NCBI GenBank assembly: GCA_047602405.1 | Contig: JASGHJ010000001.1 | Location: forward strand, 1,504,001 to 1,568,000 | Direction of reading: 5' to 3' | Length of the DNA: 64,000 bases | Origin: Anaeromyxobacteraceae bacterium | GTDB lineage: Bacteria; Myxococcota; Myxococcia; Myxococcales; Anaeromyxobacteraceae | In this document: positions 51,747 through 63,019 of the stretch, piece by piece | Layout of the letters: the number at the start of each line of letters is the position of its first letter | Position numbering within the stretch: position 1 is the stretch's first letter | Made by a program: the position numbers and the translations under genes | Notes under the pieces: generated by a model | What the model saw: only the letters and a program-made list of their open reading frames with translations | The model's database searches: none | What the model was told of the DNA's origin: nothing

Positions 51747-52673
51747 ATGCGCCGCGAGATCCGACTCCCGTTGACCGTCGAGGGCCGCCTCGACCGCGCC
51801 CTCGCCGACGCGCTCGGCCTCGGGCGCGCCGCCGTGAAGCGCGCCTTCGGCCTCGGCGAGGTCCGGGTGCGCGGCAAGCGGGCGCGGGCGTCCGACCCGG
51901 CGGAGCCCGGCGCGCTCGTGGAGCTCGACGTCGAGGAGCCCGCCGGGCCGCCCGACCCGGAGCCGGACGCGCCGCTCACGGTGCTCGCGGAGGGGCTCGG
52001 CTTCGTGGTGGTCGACAAGCCCGCCGGCGTCGCGGTGCACCCGCTCGCGCCGGGGGAGGGCGGCACGCTCGCGAACGCGGTCGTGGCGCGCTACCCGGAG
52101 TGCGCCGCGGCCTCTCCCGAGGCGCGGGAGGGCGGGGCGGTGCAGCGGCTCGACCTCGAGACGAGCGGCTGCGTGCTCTTCGCGCGCGACCCGAACGCCT
52201 GGCAGGCCCTGCACGAGCAGCTCGGGGCCCGGGGGGTGGAGAAGGTCTACCGGGCCCTCGTCGTGGGCAAGGTGGTCGCGGGAGGCGTGTCCTCGGTGCC
52301 GCTCGCGCAGCGGGGCGGCCGGGCGGTGCCGGTGCCGGACACGCTCGCGGAGGAGCGGGCGCGCTCGAAGGGCCTGAAGCCCCGGCCCGCCGAGACCACC
52401 TGGGAGATCGAGCGACGCTTCGCGGGGCACACGCTGCTGCGGGTCGGCATCACGACGGGCGTCATGCACCAGATCCGCGCGCACCTCGCCCACGCCGGCT
52501 ACCCCGTGGCGGGCGACGCGCTCTACGGCGGGGCCTCGGCCGCGCTGCCGGGGCTCGGGAGGCACTTCCTGCACGCCGCCCGGCTCGGCTTCGACGCGCC
52601 GGCCGGCGGGCGGGAGATCGTGGAGAGCCCGCTGCCGCCGGAGCTGCAGCGGGTGCTGGATTCGCTGAGCTGA
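51747..52673 (+). CDS. RluA/RluD family pseudouridine synthase
   Basis: S4-like N-terminus, VDKPAG, QRLDLETSG, TGVMHQIRAH, GDALYG, LHA. Confidence 0.9.
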   Translation: MRREIRLPLTVEGRLDRALADALGLGRAAVKRAFGLGEVRVRGKRARASDPAEPGALVELDVEEPAGPPDPEPDAPLTVLAEGLGFVVVDKPAGVAVHPLAPGEGGTLANAVVARYPECAAASPEAREGGAVQRLDLETSGCVLFARDPNAWQALHEQLGARGVEKVYRALVVGKVVAGGVSSVPLAQRGGRAVPVPDTLAEERARSKGLKPRPAETTWEIERRFAGHTLLRVGITTGVMHQIRAHLAHAGYPVAGDALYGGASAALPGLGRHFLHAARLGFDAPAGGREIVESPLPPELQRVLDSLS

Positions 52674-52683
52674 GCTGAAACGC

Positions 52684-52713
52684 GAAAGGGCCCTGCCGGA
52701 GCAGGGCCCTTTC
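52684..52713. terminator. Bidirectional intrinsic terminator
   Basis: GAAAGGGCCCTGC-CGGA-GCAGGGCCCTTTC between convergent genes. Confidence 0.85.
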
Positions 52714-52733
52714 AGGTTTCCGTTCGTCCTGAC

Positions 52734-53210
52734 CTACTGCGGCGCCGGCGCGGGCGCCGGGGCGGCGCCGTCCGCCGCGGCCGCATCCGCGGTCATCGGC
52801 GGGTCGGTCATGATGGCGATCGTGTTCACGCCGACGATGTGCGCCTGGTCGAGCACGAACATGACCTGCTCGTACTTCGCCTTGTCCTCGGCGTTGAAGA
52901 ACATGACCTTCAGGTAGCGGTCCTTGAACGCCGGGCCGATGCGCTGCATCGCCTCGGCGACCGTCATCTCCTGCTTGTTCAGCAGCACGTTCCCGTTCAC
53001 GAGCGCGGTCACCACGGTCTGATCCGGCGGCTGCTGATCAGGCTGGATGACCTCCGGGTTCGGCACGTACTCGGGCACGCGGAGGTACTTCTGCTTCTCC
53101 GCGAGCGGCGTGAGCACCATGAAGATGATCAGGAGGACGAGGACGACGTCGATGAGCGGCGTGACGTTGATGTCGCTCGCCGGCTTCTTGGTCCCTAGCG
53201 CCATTCCCAT
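52734..53210 (-). CDS. exbD: ExbD/TolR family protein
   Basis: INVTPLIDVVLVLLIIFMV. Confidence 0.9.
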   Translation of the reverse strand: MGMALGTKKPASDINVTPLIDVVLVLLIIFMVLTPLAEKQKYLRVPEYVPNPEVIQPDQQPPDQTVVTALVNGNVLLNKQEMTVAEAMQRIGPAFKDRYLKVMFFNAEDKAKYEQVMFVLDQAHIVGVNTIAIMTDPPMTADAAAADGAAPAPAPAPQ

Positions 53211-53212
53211 GG

Positions 53213-53629
53213 CTAGCTCTTCTCCTTGATCTGGGAGGCGGCGAGGGAGACGCCCTGGAGCCCGCTCTTCGACATCTCGAGCATGAGCTCCCGGATGCGC
53301 TTGTACTCGACGTTCCGGTCGCCCTTCACGAGGATGGGCGCGCCCGGGTGCATCATCATCTCGACCTTCAGCGCCTCGGGGAGGTCGGGCAGGTTCGGCA
53401 CCTCGACCTTGTCGATCCAGACCTTCCCGTCCTGCGTCACCGACACGAAGATCGGGTCGCCGCCCTTGGTCGGAGAGACCTGGTGGGCGTCGGGGAGCTG
53501 GACCGGCTTGCCGCGCTGGAGCATCGGCGTGATCACCATGAAGATGATGAGCAGCACGAGCACGACGTCGACGAGCGGCGTGACGTTGATGTCACTCTTG
53601 ACTGACTTGCTGCCGACATCCATGGACAC
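53213..53629 (-). CDS. exbD: ExbD/TolR family protein
   Basis: INVTPLVDVVLVLLIIFMV, KGDRNVEY. Confidence 0.9.
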   Translation of the reverse strand: MSMDVGSKSVKSDINVTPLVDVVLVLLIIFMVITPMLQRGKPVQLPDAHQVSPTKGGDPIFVSVTQDGKVWIDKVEVPNLPDLPEALKVEMMMHPGAPILVKGDRNVEYKRIRELMLEMSKSGLQGVSLAASQIKEKS

Positions 53630-53665
53630 GGGTGGAGCTCCTTCTGCTCGAGGGGACCGGGACCC

Positions 53666-54430
53666 TTACTTCGAGTCCGCGCGCCCCTCCTTCATGAAGA
53701 AGTCCACGAGCTCGGTCGCGGAGTCGGTGATGTCCACCTGCATGTCCTCGACCCGGTTCGTGAGGTAGTTGAACATCATCACGGCGGGGATCGCGACGAG
53801 GAGGCCGAACGCGGTGTTCACGAGCGCCTCGGCGATCGCGCCGGACACCGTGCCGAGACCGCCGGAGCCGGTGGCGGCCATGTTCTGGAAGGCCTTGATG
53901 ATGCCCCACACCGTGCCGAGGAGGCCGACGAACGGGGCGGTGGAGCCGATGGTCGCGAGCGAGCCGAGGCCGCGGCGCAGGTCGTTGACCGTGCGGAGCG
54001 AGGAGCGGTCCACCGCGCGGTTCACGGCGGCGACGACGTCGAAGTCGCCGACGTCGTGCGGGCCCTGCGTGCGGAGCGCCTCGACCCCGCGGCGGTACTC
54101 GTCGATCGCGAGGCCGAGCACCTTCGGCAGGTGGCCGCGGTTGAGCTTCTTCGAGAGCTCGACGGCGTCCTGGAACTTCCCGGCCGGGAGGAGCTCGCGG
54201 AGCGCCTCGGCGAACTGGCGGGACGCCTTGCCGGCGCGCGCGTAGGTCACGAGGCGCTCGGCCATGACGCCGAGCGAGTAGACCGACATGAGGCCGAGGA
54301 TGACGAAGACGACGATGCCGAAGCCCTCGATCGACTTCACCATGTTGACTACGTCGAACGAGCCGGCCTGCGCATTGCCTTCAGCCGCGACGACCAGCTG
54401 GTTCACGGCATCGACGAAGGGAAACGACAT
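53666..54430 (-). CDS. exbB: ExbB/TolQ/MotA family proton channel
   Basis: LATIGSTAPFVGLLGTVWGI, EALVNTAFGLLVAIPA. Confidence 0.92.
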   Translation of the reverse strand: MSFPFVDAVNQLVVAAEGNAQAGSFDVVNMVKSIEGFGIVVFVILGLMSVYSLGVMAERLVTYARAGKASRQFAEALRELLPAGKFQDAVELSKKLNRGHLPKVLGLAIDEYRRGVEALRTQGPHDVGDFDVVAAVNRAVDRSSLRTVNDLRRGLGSLATIGSTAPFVGLLGTVWGIIKAFQNMAATGSGGLGTVSGAIAEALVNTAFGLLVAIPAVMMFNYLTNRVEDMQVDITDSATELVDFFMKEGRADSK

Positions 54431-54524
54431 CGGACTCTCCTGGGTTGGTTCGAATCTTGGTCGAACGAGGCTGCGTTCGGGTTCGTTGTCGTGCTGCCGG
54501 AAGCTGAAAGGAGCCGGGTGACGC

Positions 54525-55259
54525 TCAGCCTGAGGTGAAGCGCAGCGGCAGGATCACCCAGATGTTGGTGGGCCGGCCCTGGGGATCGGCGCCGGCGATC
54601 CACTTGCACTCCTGGATCGCCTGCCAGATCGCCGCCTGCACGCGATCGGGCACGCCGTTCGTGATGACGCTGTACTGGGCCGGCGACCCGTCGCGCATGA
54701 TGGCGAACTTCACGGTGATCGGGCCGGACACGAAGCCCGCGAGGTCGCGCGGGATGCGGGTCGTCTCCTGCACGCACTTCGGCTGCGCCATGGCGGGCTT
54801 GCGGTAGCCCGCGGTCGCGAAGGCCGGGGCGTCCTCGATGCCGCCGCCGCCGCCCGCGACGCCGCCGACCACGCCCTCGTCCCCGCCGGAGTCGGAGCCC
54901 CAGTCGTACTCGGGCTCCTTGTCGTTCGGGTCCGGCGCCTTCATCTCCGCCTTGATGTCCTGCGGCTGGATCAGGGCCGTGGGAGGCGGAGGCTTCGGCA
55001 GGTCGGTCCGCGGCTTGTCGGACGGCGGGCGCTTCGGCTTCGGCGCCGCCGGCGGAGGGGGAGGCTTCGGAGGGGCGGCCGCGGTCTTGACGAACTTCAC
55101 GTCGACCTTCGGCTCGTCGATGATCTTGGCCTTCACGTAGGCGGAGGCCGCCACCATGCCCGCGATGAGGGCGCCCTGGAAGAGGGTCGAGCCGAGGAAG
55201 AACCCGGCCCGCCTCGCGGCGCGCTTACCGCCTTCTTGCTTCGTGACTTCGTCGAACAC
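54525..55259 (-). CDS. tonB: Energy transducer TonB
   Basis: N-terminal TM helix, Pro-rich linker, GVVGGV motif, TonB_C-like domain; first gene upstream of exbBDD. Confidence 0.8.
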   Translation of the reverse strand: MFDEVTKQEGGKRAARRAGFFLGSTLFQGALIAGMVAASAYVKAKIIDEPKVDVKFVKTAAAPPKPPPPPAAPKPKRPPSDKPRTDLPKPPPPTALIQPQDIKAEMKAPDPNDKEPEYDWGSDSGGDEGVVGGVAGGGGGIEDAPAFATAGYRKPAMAQPKCVQETTRIPRDLAGFVSGPITVKFAIMRDGSPAQYSVITNGVPDRVQAAIWQAIQECKWIAGADPQGRPTNIWVILPLRFTSG

Positions 55260-55322
55260 GGTCTCTCGGACGCCTCGCGCTCGGGGGACGACGGAAAGAA
55301 GGCCCGGAAATTCGGAACGTGC

Positions 55323-55352
55323 TCTCTAGTCCCGCACCGGAGACCTTGTCAA
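55323..55352 (-). promoter_or_regulatory. Possible sigma70 promoter for the tonB operon
   Basis: TTGACA-N18-TAGAGA on the minus strand. Confidence 0.35.
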
Positions 55353-55687
55353 CAGCGCACTGCGACCCGGACGCCCGGTGCCGCGAGCCCCGTCTTTACA
55401 CGCAGTTCCACCGTCGCCGCCCGCAGGAAAATTGGAGCCTCCGCGCCGGCCGCGCAGATCCTTCCGCGATCTCCCGCACGCCCTGCGCCCGGGGCTCCCC
55501 GGAGGCCTGCAAAGGCTTCGTGATCGGATCAGGTCCGATCATGATCAAGAGCCGCGATCCCGCCCCCGCGTCGTCTTAATCCTAACGTGGCGGAACGCCG
55601 CGCCTTTCCCGAAAACATCCGTCGTTTTCAACGGTTGGTCCCCTGAAGGGGCATGTAGGCGTTGTACCTCGAACAAGCGGGTTCGCC

Positions 55688-55717
55688 TTGACATTCCTCA
55701 CAGCGGCTGCCTAGAAC
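55688..55717 (+). promoter_or_regulatory. Possible sigma70 promoter for the TonB-dependent receptor
   Basis: TTGACA-N18-TAGAAC. Confidence 0.35.
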
Positions 55718-55818
55718 GACCGTTCATTGGACCGGTCGGGTAACCGCCATGCGTGCGTACAAGCGCCTGGTTTTTGCCCGTACGGCTGCGGCTGAGTGCA
55801 CTCTCCCTGGAGGAAGTC

Positions 55819-58800
55819 ATGATGAAGAAGTTGCTGCGCCTCCTGCGGGTCGCCCCCATCGCGCTTGTCTTCGCTGGGGTCGCTTCCGCACAAACCACCG
55901 GCACCATCATCGGCGTGGTGACCGATGCCTCGACGGGCAAGCCCGTCGCCGGCGCGGTCGTCATCGCCACCAGCCCCAACCTGCAAGGTGAGCAGACGGC
56001 CGTCACCGACGGGAACGGCAATTACCGTCTGACCCTGCTGCCCGCCGGCGAGTACAAGCTCGCGGTCCAGCTCGAGGGGTACAAGCCCTCGGATCGGTCC
56101 GACATCCGGCTCTCCATCGACAAGACCCTCCGCGCGAACCTGGCGGTGGTCCCCGAGGCCGTCCAGATCGACGAGCAGGTCGTGAAGACCGGCACCGCGC
56201 CGGTCATCAACGTCGGCTCCGCCGAGTCCGGCTCGGTCATCTCGAGCGAGTTCGTCGCCTCCGTGCCGGTCGGTCGTACGTTCGACCAGATCGCGCGCGT
56301 GGCTCCGACGGCGTCCGCCGACGCCTACGGCACCGGCTTCGCCGGCGCCCAGTCGCCCGAGAACAGCTACATCCTCGACGGCCTCTCGGTCGGCAACCCG
56401 GTCAACGGCACGAACAACACCAACATCCTGTCGAACTTCGTGCAGGAGATCGACGTCAAGACCGGTAACTTCTCGGCCGAGTACGGCCGCGCCACCGGCG
56501 GCGTCATGAACGTCGTCACGAAGTCGGGCTCGAACGAGTTCCACGGCTCCGTGTTCGGCAACTTCACGCCCTCGTTCCTCATCCAGCCGGACGGCAAGGT
56601 CGCCGGCCGCGACGGCGAGGCGGTCGCTTCGCAGTCGAAGCCCTCGAAGGGCAACTACGACCTCGACCTCGGCTTCGAGGTCGGCGGCCCGATCATGAAG
56701 GACCGCCTCTGGTTCTTCGCCGGCTTCGCGCCGGTCATCACCGAGCGCTACACGGAGCGCTTCCTCCGCCGCAACCGTCAGTTCCTCTCGTCGACGATCA
56801 ACGGCACGGTCCGGCCCGGTGACGACCCGAGTACGCCGAACCTGACCGAGACCAACGCGGTCGCCCGCGACGCCAACGGCGCCGCACTCTGGGACAAGAT
56901 CGACGGCACGGACAAGATGTACAACACCGGCACCACGAGCTACCAGGCCGCCGGCAAGCTGACCTTCCTCCTCGACGAGAACAACCAGCTCTCCGCGTCG
57001 CTCTACGCGACCCCCGGCTCCGGCTCGGGCGTCCTGCGTACGAACGGCGAGCAGGCGGGTGACGGCCTCTTCAACCAGGACTTCGGCGCGACGAACGTCC
57101 TCGGCCGCTACGCCGGCAAGTTCCTCGACAAGAAGCTCATCGTCGAGGCGACCGCCGGCTACCACCGCTCCACGCTCGACGACCGGCCGACCTCGTTCCA
57201 GCGGAACACGCCCGCGTTCCAGTGGCAGCGCCAGATGGACCTGAAGCTCTTCAACACTGCCAACCCGACGGACGGCTCGGTGTACGAGTCGCTCTCCGCC
57301 GAGGCGCTCGCTGCCTGCACGGGCTCCACGGCCCGCCAGGGCACGACGGTCAACTCCTCCGAGAACGAGAACCTCTGCCGCGTGGCGACGTACACCACCG
57401 GTGGTTACGGCTTCGGCAACAACTACACGGCCGACCGCGTTCAGGGGAAGCTGTCCGCGTCCTACCTCCTCGAGCTCGCCGGCTCGCACAACTGGAAGGC
57501 CGGCGTCGACCTCGAGCGGAACGGGTACGAGCAGGCAAAGTTCTACTCGGGTAACGCGTTCTTCCGCGCTGACTCGAACCTCGCCCTCGGTGCGAACGTG
57601 TACAACACCCGCGGGTACGGTGCGGTCATCAACCCGGGCGGCCTGCCGGACGCGCAGGGCAACACGGTCGAGTGGATCCCCACGGAGACCTCGACGTCCG
57701 TCACCAACTCGTTCGCTTACTACCTCCAGGACTCCTGGTCAATCCCGAACTCCGGTTTGACGGTGAACGCGGGCATCCGCCTCGAGACGCAGTCGATGGA
57801 GGCGACGAACAAGGGCGGCATCAAGGGCCTCAACATCAACAACATGTGGTCGCCCCGCGTGCAGGCCGTGTGGGACTTCACGGGCACCGGCCGGTCGAAG
57901 GTCGGCGCCTCCTGGGGCCGCTTCTACTACGCGGTCCCGCTCGACATGGGCGATCGCGCGTTCGGCAACGAGCAGCAGGCGCAGGGCGCCTGGGACTGCG
58001 GCGATGGCAGCGGCGCCGCCGCGGCCCTCCCGGGTTCCATGCCGCGCGACCCGGCCGCCAGCGGCAACGGATACTGCGCCCTCCAGCAGAACTGGTGGAC
58101 GGACGTGTACGCCGGCGTCCCCAACTCCGACGGCAGCTCCGCGACCTACGGCAACATCGGCGGCATCACGCCGGTGGATCCGAAGCTCAAGGGTATCTAC
58201 GTCGACCAGTTCGGCGCGCAGTTCGAGTACGAGGTGCTCTCCGACCTGTCCGTCGGCTTCGATTACCAGGGCCGCCGCCAGGGCACGATGATCGAGGACA
58301 TGTCGGCCGACGACGGCAACAGCTACTTCATCACGAACCCGGGCCAGAACAAGCCGTTCGAGGCCACGTACTACCCGGGCTTCGCGTCGTCGTTCAAGGT
58401 CACCCAGAACTCGAAGCAGGTCGAGGCGCTGGATAACTTCACGCGCCGTCACGTGACCGTGGCGATGCCGAAGCCGGTCCGCGACTACGATGGTTACACC
58501 CTCAAGGTGACGAAGAACTTCAGCCAGAACTGGCTGGCTCAGGCGAGCTACACCTACTCGAGCCTGACCGGCAACGTGGCTGGCGTCTTCGACCCCGTCA
58601 CGGGCCAGCTGGATCCGGGCATCAACGCCGAGTACGACCTCGCCACCCTGATGGCGAACAAGACCGGTCGCCTGCCGGGTGACCGTCCGCACGTCTTCAA
58701 GCTTCTTCGGCGCGTACAACTTCAAGCTCTCGCCGAAGATGAGTTTGACGACGTCGGCCGCCTTCAACGCCCAGTCCGGTATCCCGGTGGGCGCCAACGG

Positions 58801-59224
58801 CTCGCACCCGCTCTACGGCAACGGCTACGCCTACCTCGTCCAGCGCGGTGGCGCGGGCCGCACGCCCTTCACCACCAACCTCGATGTCGGTGGCCGCTTC
58901 GAGTACACGATCACGCCGCCGTACGCCGTCAAGGTGTCCGTCGACGTGTTCAACGTGCTCAACAGCCAGGAGATCACCGCGATCGACAACAACTACACGT
59001 TCGACGCGGTTCAGCCGATCGCGAACGTGAAGTGCGACGTCGCCGCGGCGGGCTCCTCGAACCCGATCGGCAAGCTGCAGTCGTCCTGCCCGCAGCTCGC
59101 CTACCTGAAGACGGTGGACGGGCGCCCCGTGACCGTCAACCCGAACTACGGCCGCGCGGTGGCGGCGACGTCGTCGTTCCAGGCGCCGCTGTCGCTCCGC
59201 ATCGGCCTCGCGCTGACGTTCTAG
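55819..59224 (+). CDS. Oar-like TonB-dependent outer-membrane receptor, +1 frameshift at ~58703
   Basis: GGAGG RBS, signal peptide, AQTTGTIIGVVTD carboxypeptidase-regulatory-like domain, AEYGRATGGVMNVVTKSGSNEFHG, C-terminal RIGLALTF; deleting one T restores DRPHVFKLFGAY. Confidence 0.88.
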
Positions 59225-59246
59225 ACCGAGCGAGAGGGAGATCATC

Positions 59247-59912
59247 ATGAAGAAGACGCTCATCACGTTGGCAGTGCTCGGCCTGGCCGCCGTCGGGTGC
59301 GATCCCTACAAGGATCCGCCGAGCGGCACCCCGGCCGTCATCTCGGCGGTCATCACCGGCCGCAACGCCGGTCTCGAGGACCTCGTGTTCGGGTGGGACC
59401 CGAACTACGTCGGGCCGTACAACGGGACGCTCTCCGGGGATACCTGGACGAACTTCCTGAACGGCGACGAGACCACCCCCGCCGCTGACCGCCACGGCCC
59501 GACTCGGTCCCCGTCGGCGGCGACCTACGGCCGCATCCTGGTGTTCACGACGAACCGGCTGCTCGACGGCGCTTCCGTCGAGCAGACGCCGAACTCGTGC
59601 CTCCCGGTGACGTCGGCGAACTGGACGTTCACGGGCACCGGCCCGACGGCGCTCGCGACCGCCTTCCCCACGGGCTCCTGGTACACGTGCTACTACCCGT
59701 CGTCGCCGACCGACACGATCGGCGCCTCGGTGTACGTGTACTACGCGGGCACCCCCGCGGCGGCCCCCGGGCCGTCCACGGCGGCGATCCCCATCCGCGC
59801 CGGCCGCATGGTCGTTGGAGACTACGTGATCTCCGGCACGGTCAAGACCGACAGCGGCCAGGACCTGGCCCTGAAGGCGCAGTTCACGGTGATCGAGCCT
59901 GTGATCCCGTAA
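59247..59912 (+). CDS. Lipoprotein downstream of the receptor
   Basis: GGGAG RBS, MKK...LAAVGC lipobox. Confidence 0.8.
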   Translation: MKKTLITLAVLGLAAVGCDPYKDPPSGTPAVISAVITGRNAGLEDLVFGWDPNYVGPYNGTLSGDTWTNFLNGDETTPAADRHGPTRSPSAATYGRILVFTTNRLLDGASVEQTPNSCLPVTSANWTFTGTGPTALATAFPTGSWYTCYYPSSPTDTIGASVYVYYAGTPAAAPGPSTAAIPIRAGRMVVGDYVISGTVKTDSGQDLALKAQFTVIEPVIP

Positions 59913-59935
59913 GGGCAGCGCGTCCAAGCTGAATC

Positions 59936-59973
59936 GAGAGGGCCGGCGCGCGAGCGCCGGCCCTTTCCTTATT
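59936..59973 (+). terminator. Intrinsic terminator
   Basis: AGGGCCGGCGC / GCGCCGGCCCT stem followed by TTCCTTATT. Confidence 0.7.
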
Positions 59974-60895
59974 GAGCGGTCCGAAGCAGGTCGCCAGCCA
60001 CGCCCGCTGCTGGAGCGTCGGCGAGGACGTCCGCCACGAGAGCCACGACGAGGGCGTCCTCGCCCAGAAGCCACGTGCCGCAGCCGGTCGGCTCCCCGCA
60101 GGGCTCGACGGCCTCGGCCAGATCGGATTGCGCTGCTTCAAGAGCCCGCTACCTCGCACTCCACGATCTCGCCTTCATCGACTTGGAAGGTGTGCCGCCA
60201 GCACGCGGCCACCTGACCGACCCCGCCTTCACCTGGAGGCTGCCGTTCACCCGGCCGCCGACAGGCGGACCCCGATCACGCCGCCGCGCGGTGCGAAAGC
60301 AAATGGCGACTGCCTCCGCACCACCGGCCGGGCCTCCGGGTCTCGGTGTTCTCGAAAAGGCGCAAAGCGCCGGGGTCAGCTCTTCTTGCGGCCCCCCTCC
60401 AGTGCCGAGCGGCACGCCGAGTCGGGCGCCGCCCTGAGAGCGGAGTGACCCGCGGCGGACCCTCCGCGATGGAGGGGTCGCTGAGGTTCCAATGGTGTCA
60501 CGGGGGGGGGGGGCACTCTTGCTCCTGCCCCCACGCCTGGGCCACCCGCCCTCGCCTCCACCACGGCCCCGCCCCACAGCCGCCGCGCGGGGTCTCTCCG
60601 CCCACAGGGCCCTCCGGCAGGCCCGCCCAAGATCGCAGCCGCGATCTGCACCAAGCGTGACAGCCGAGGCGGCCCTCACGCCCGCCTTCGTCACCGCCCT
60701 GCGCCCGTCACGACGTCCCCTGCCTCGGCTGGCGCGCGTGGTGGTGCCGCGGCGTTCCCCTCCGCAGCGACGTCTCCACCATCCCCGACGCGGCGGGACT
60801 TTGCCCTGAGGGCCCGAGGACGGAGAGACCCCGCGCGGCGGCCATCCGAGACGTCACCAGGGCGGCCGAGGGAACCGCTGGCAGCAGGGGAAGAC

Positions 60896-60928
60896 GAAGC
60901 CCCGGTCCGCTCGCGCGGCCGGGGCTTC
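60896..60928 (-). terminator. Probable terminator after tsf
   Basis: GAAGCCCCGG / CCGGGGCTTC stem just downstream of the tsf stop. Confidence 0.6.
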
Positions 60929-60952
60929 GGGAAACGGTGCTGGAAGGAGGAC

Positions 60953-61612
60953 CTAGGCCTTCACGCCCGTCATCTTCTGGACCTCTTCCGCGAGGTTGTC
61001 CTGCTTCTTCTCGAGCCCCTCGCCGAGGACGTACCGGGAGAACCGGCGGACCTGGATGTTCTCGCCGATCTTCGCGACGGCGTCGGTGAGGACCTCGGAG
61101 ATCTTCTTCTTGTCGTCCTTCACGAAGGCCTGGTCGAGCAGGCAGAACTGCTCGTAGTACTTCTCGACCTTGCCCGTCGCGATCTTCTCCATGATCGCCT
61201 CGGGCTTCTTCTGGTCCTTCATCTGGGCCTTCGCGATCTCGAGCTCCTTCGCGATGATCTCGGCCGGGACCTCCTCGCGGCGGACGTACAGCGGGGCCGC
61301 GGCGGCGATGTGCATCGCGAGGTCCTTCACGAGGCCCTGGAAGCCCTCGGTGCGGGCCACGAAGTCGGTCTCGCAGTTCACCTCGACGAGCACGCCGATC
61401 TTGCCGCCCATGTGGATGTACGAGGCGACGGCGCCCTCGGTCGCGGCGCGGGCCGACTTCTTGGCGGCGGCGGCGAGGCCCTTCTTGCGGAGCACCTCCT
61501 CCGCCTTCGCGAAGTCGCCACCGGCCTCGGTGAGCGCCTTCTTGCAGTCCATCATGCCCGCCCCGGTCTTCTCCCGGAGCTCCTGAACGACCTTCGCGGT
61601 GATCTCGGCCAC
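60953..61612 (-). CDS. tsf: Elongation factor Ts (short form)
   Basis: [26 protein letters not shown]; downstream of rpsB. Confidence 0.96.
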   Translation of the reverse strand: MAEITAKVVQELREKTGAGMMDCKKALTEAGGDFAKAEEVLRKKGLAAAAKKSARAATEGAVASYIHMGGKIGVLVEVNCETDFVARTEGFQGLVKDLAMHIAAAAPLYVRREEVPAEIIAKELEIAKAQMKDQKKPEAIMEKIATGKVEKYYEQFCLLDQAFVKDDKKKISEVLTDAVAKIGENIQVRRFSRYVLGEGLEKKQDNLAEEVQKMTGVKA

Positions 61613-61667
61613 GGTGCTTCTCCCTGTTCCCGCCGTCGGGCGGTCAAAGCTGCGTTCGGTAAAGGAA

Positions 61668-61716
61668 CGGGGCGGGCCAGCTGGCCCGCCCCGCAAGTCC
61701 TGAGCCTGTCGAAGGG
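61668..61716. repeat. Intergenic palindrome plus REP-like half unit
   Basis: CGGGGCGGGCCAGCTGGCCCGCCCCG perfect palindrome, then GTCCTGAGCCTGTCGAAGGG. Confidence 0.55.
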
Positions 61717-61738
61717 CTCGGCCCAGTGAGGGGCGGAG

Positions 61739-62776
61739 TTACTCCGGCGCGGTCTCGCCGGCGGCGGCGGCCGGGGCGGCAGCGACCTCGCCCTTGCGCA
61801 CCACCTCGACGTTCGCGCTCGCGGCGGCGCGGTCCTCGCGCGGCTCGCGGCGCTCGCGGGGGCCACCGCCACGGCGGTCACGGCGGTCGCGGCGGTCCTT
61901 CTGGCCGCGCTCCGAGGCCGCGTCGCGGTCCGGCTCCTGCGCCCGCTTGTCCTCGGCCGGGTGCTCCGCGGCCCAGGCGCTGTAGCGCTGCTTGCCCTCG
62001 AGGCACGCCTCCGCGATCTTGCCGGTGAAGAGCCGGATCGAGCGGATGGCGTCGTCGTTCCCGGGGATCACGTAGTCGATGCCCTCGGGGTCGCAGTTCG
62101 TGTCGACGACCGCGACGACCGGGATGCCGAGGCGGTTCGCCTCGTGCACCGCGATGTGCTCCTTCTTCGTGTCGATCACGAAGATCGCGGAGGGGAGCCG
62201 GGAGAGCTCCTTGATGCCGCCGAGGTTCTTCTCGAGCTTCTCGCGCTCGCGCTCGAGCGACGCGATCTCCTTCTTCGGGATGCGGTCGTAGGTGCCGTCC
62301 TCCTTCATCTTCTCGATCGTCTTGAGCCGCTCGATGCCCTGCTTCACCGTCTTGAAGTTGGTGAGCGTGCCGCCGAGCCAGCGGTTCGTGACGTGGAACA
62401 TGCCGGAGCGGGTGGCCTCCTCGCGGATGGCGTCCTGCGCCTGCTTCTTCGTGCCCACGAAGAGGACCGAGCCGCCGTGCGCGCAGGCGTCCGAGACGAA
62501 CCGGAGCGCGTTGCGGGCGAGGCCGACCGTCTTCTGCAGGTCGATGATGTAGATGCCGTTGCGGGCGCCGAAGATGTACGGCTTCATCTTCGGGTTCCAG
62601 CGCTTGGTCTGGTGGCCGAAGTGGACGCCGGCCTCCAGGAGCTGCTTCATCGTGATGGCCGTGCCGCTCGAGGAGAGCGCGTTCGCCATCGCGTCGGCCG
62701 GGGCGGCCTCGGGCGCGGGAGCGGGGGCCGGCGGCGGGGCCGCGGGCGTGGTCGGATTCTGCTGCTGGGTCTCCAT
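61739..62776 (-). CDS. rpsB: 30S ribosomal protein S2
   Basis: [48 protein letters not shown]. Confidence 0.97.
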   Translation of the reverse strand: METQQQNPTTPAAPPPAPAPAPEAAPADAMANALSSSGTAITMKQLLEAGVHFGHQTKRWNPKMKPYIFGARNGIYIIDLQKTVGLARNALRFVSDACAHGGSVLFVGTKKQAQDAIREEATRSGMFHVTNRWLGGTLTNFKTVKQGIERLKTIEKMKEDGTYDRIPKKEIASLEREREKLEKNLGGIKELSRLPSAIFVIDTKKEHIAVHEANRLGIPVVAVVDTNCDPEGIDYVIPGNDDAIRSIRLFTGKIAEACLEGKQRYSAWAAEHPAEDKRAQEPDRDAASERGQKDRRDRRDRRGGGPRERREPREDRAAASANVEVVRKGEVAAAPAAAAGETAPE

Positions 62777-63019
62777 CTCGTTCTTCTCCGGTTAGGGTGT
62801 CCGCCACCTTCCGTGATGGGCTCGCCTTCGCTCCTGGTCGGCTCGCGCTGTTCTGCGAGGGGCGTCGGGAGCACCGGGGCGGGTCGAGGAAGGTGTGTGT
62901 ATTTGCTGCGGTTACGGCTGCTTGCCGGATCGAAGCCTGCCGATCCGGGGGACGGTCAATTAACACGTCCTGTCAGGGGCCGCAAGCGGGGTCCCACCCA
63001 CGTCAAGGGCCCGGGACCT

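Noticed and set aside
60140..60180. Stop-codon readthrough (pyrrolysine) at an in-frame TAG
   Set aside because: No pyl genes in the window and no recognisable protein family; decay is the simpler explanation.
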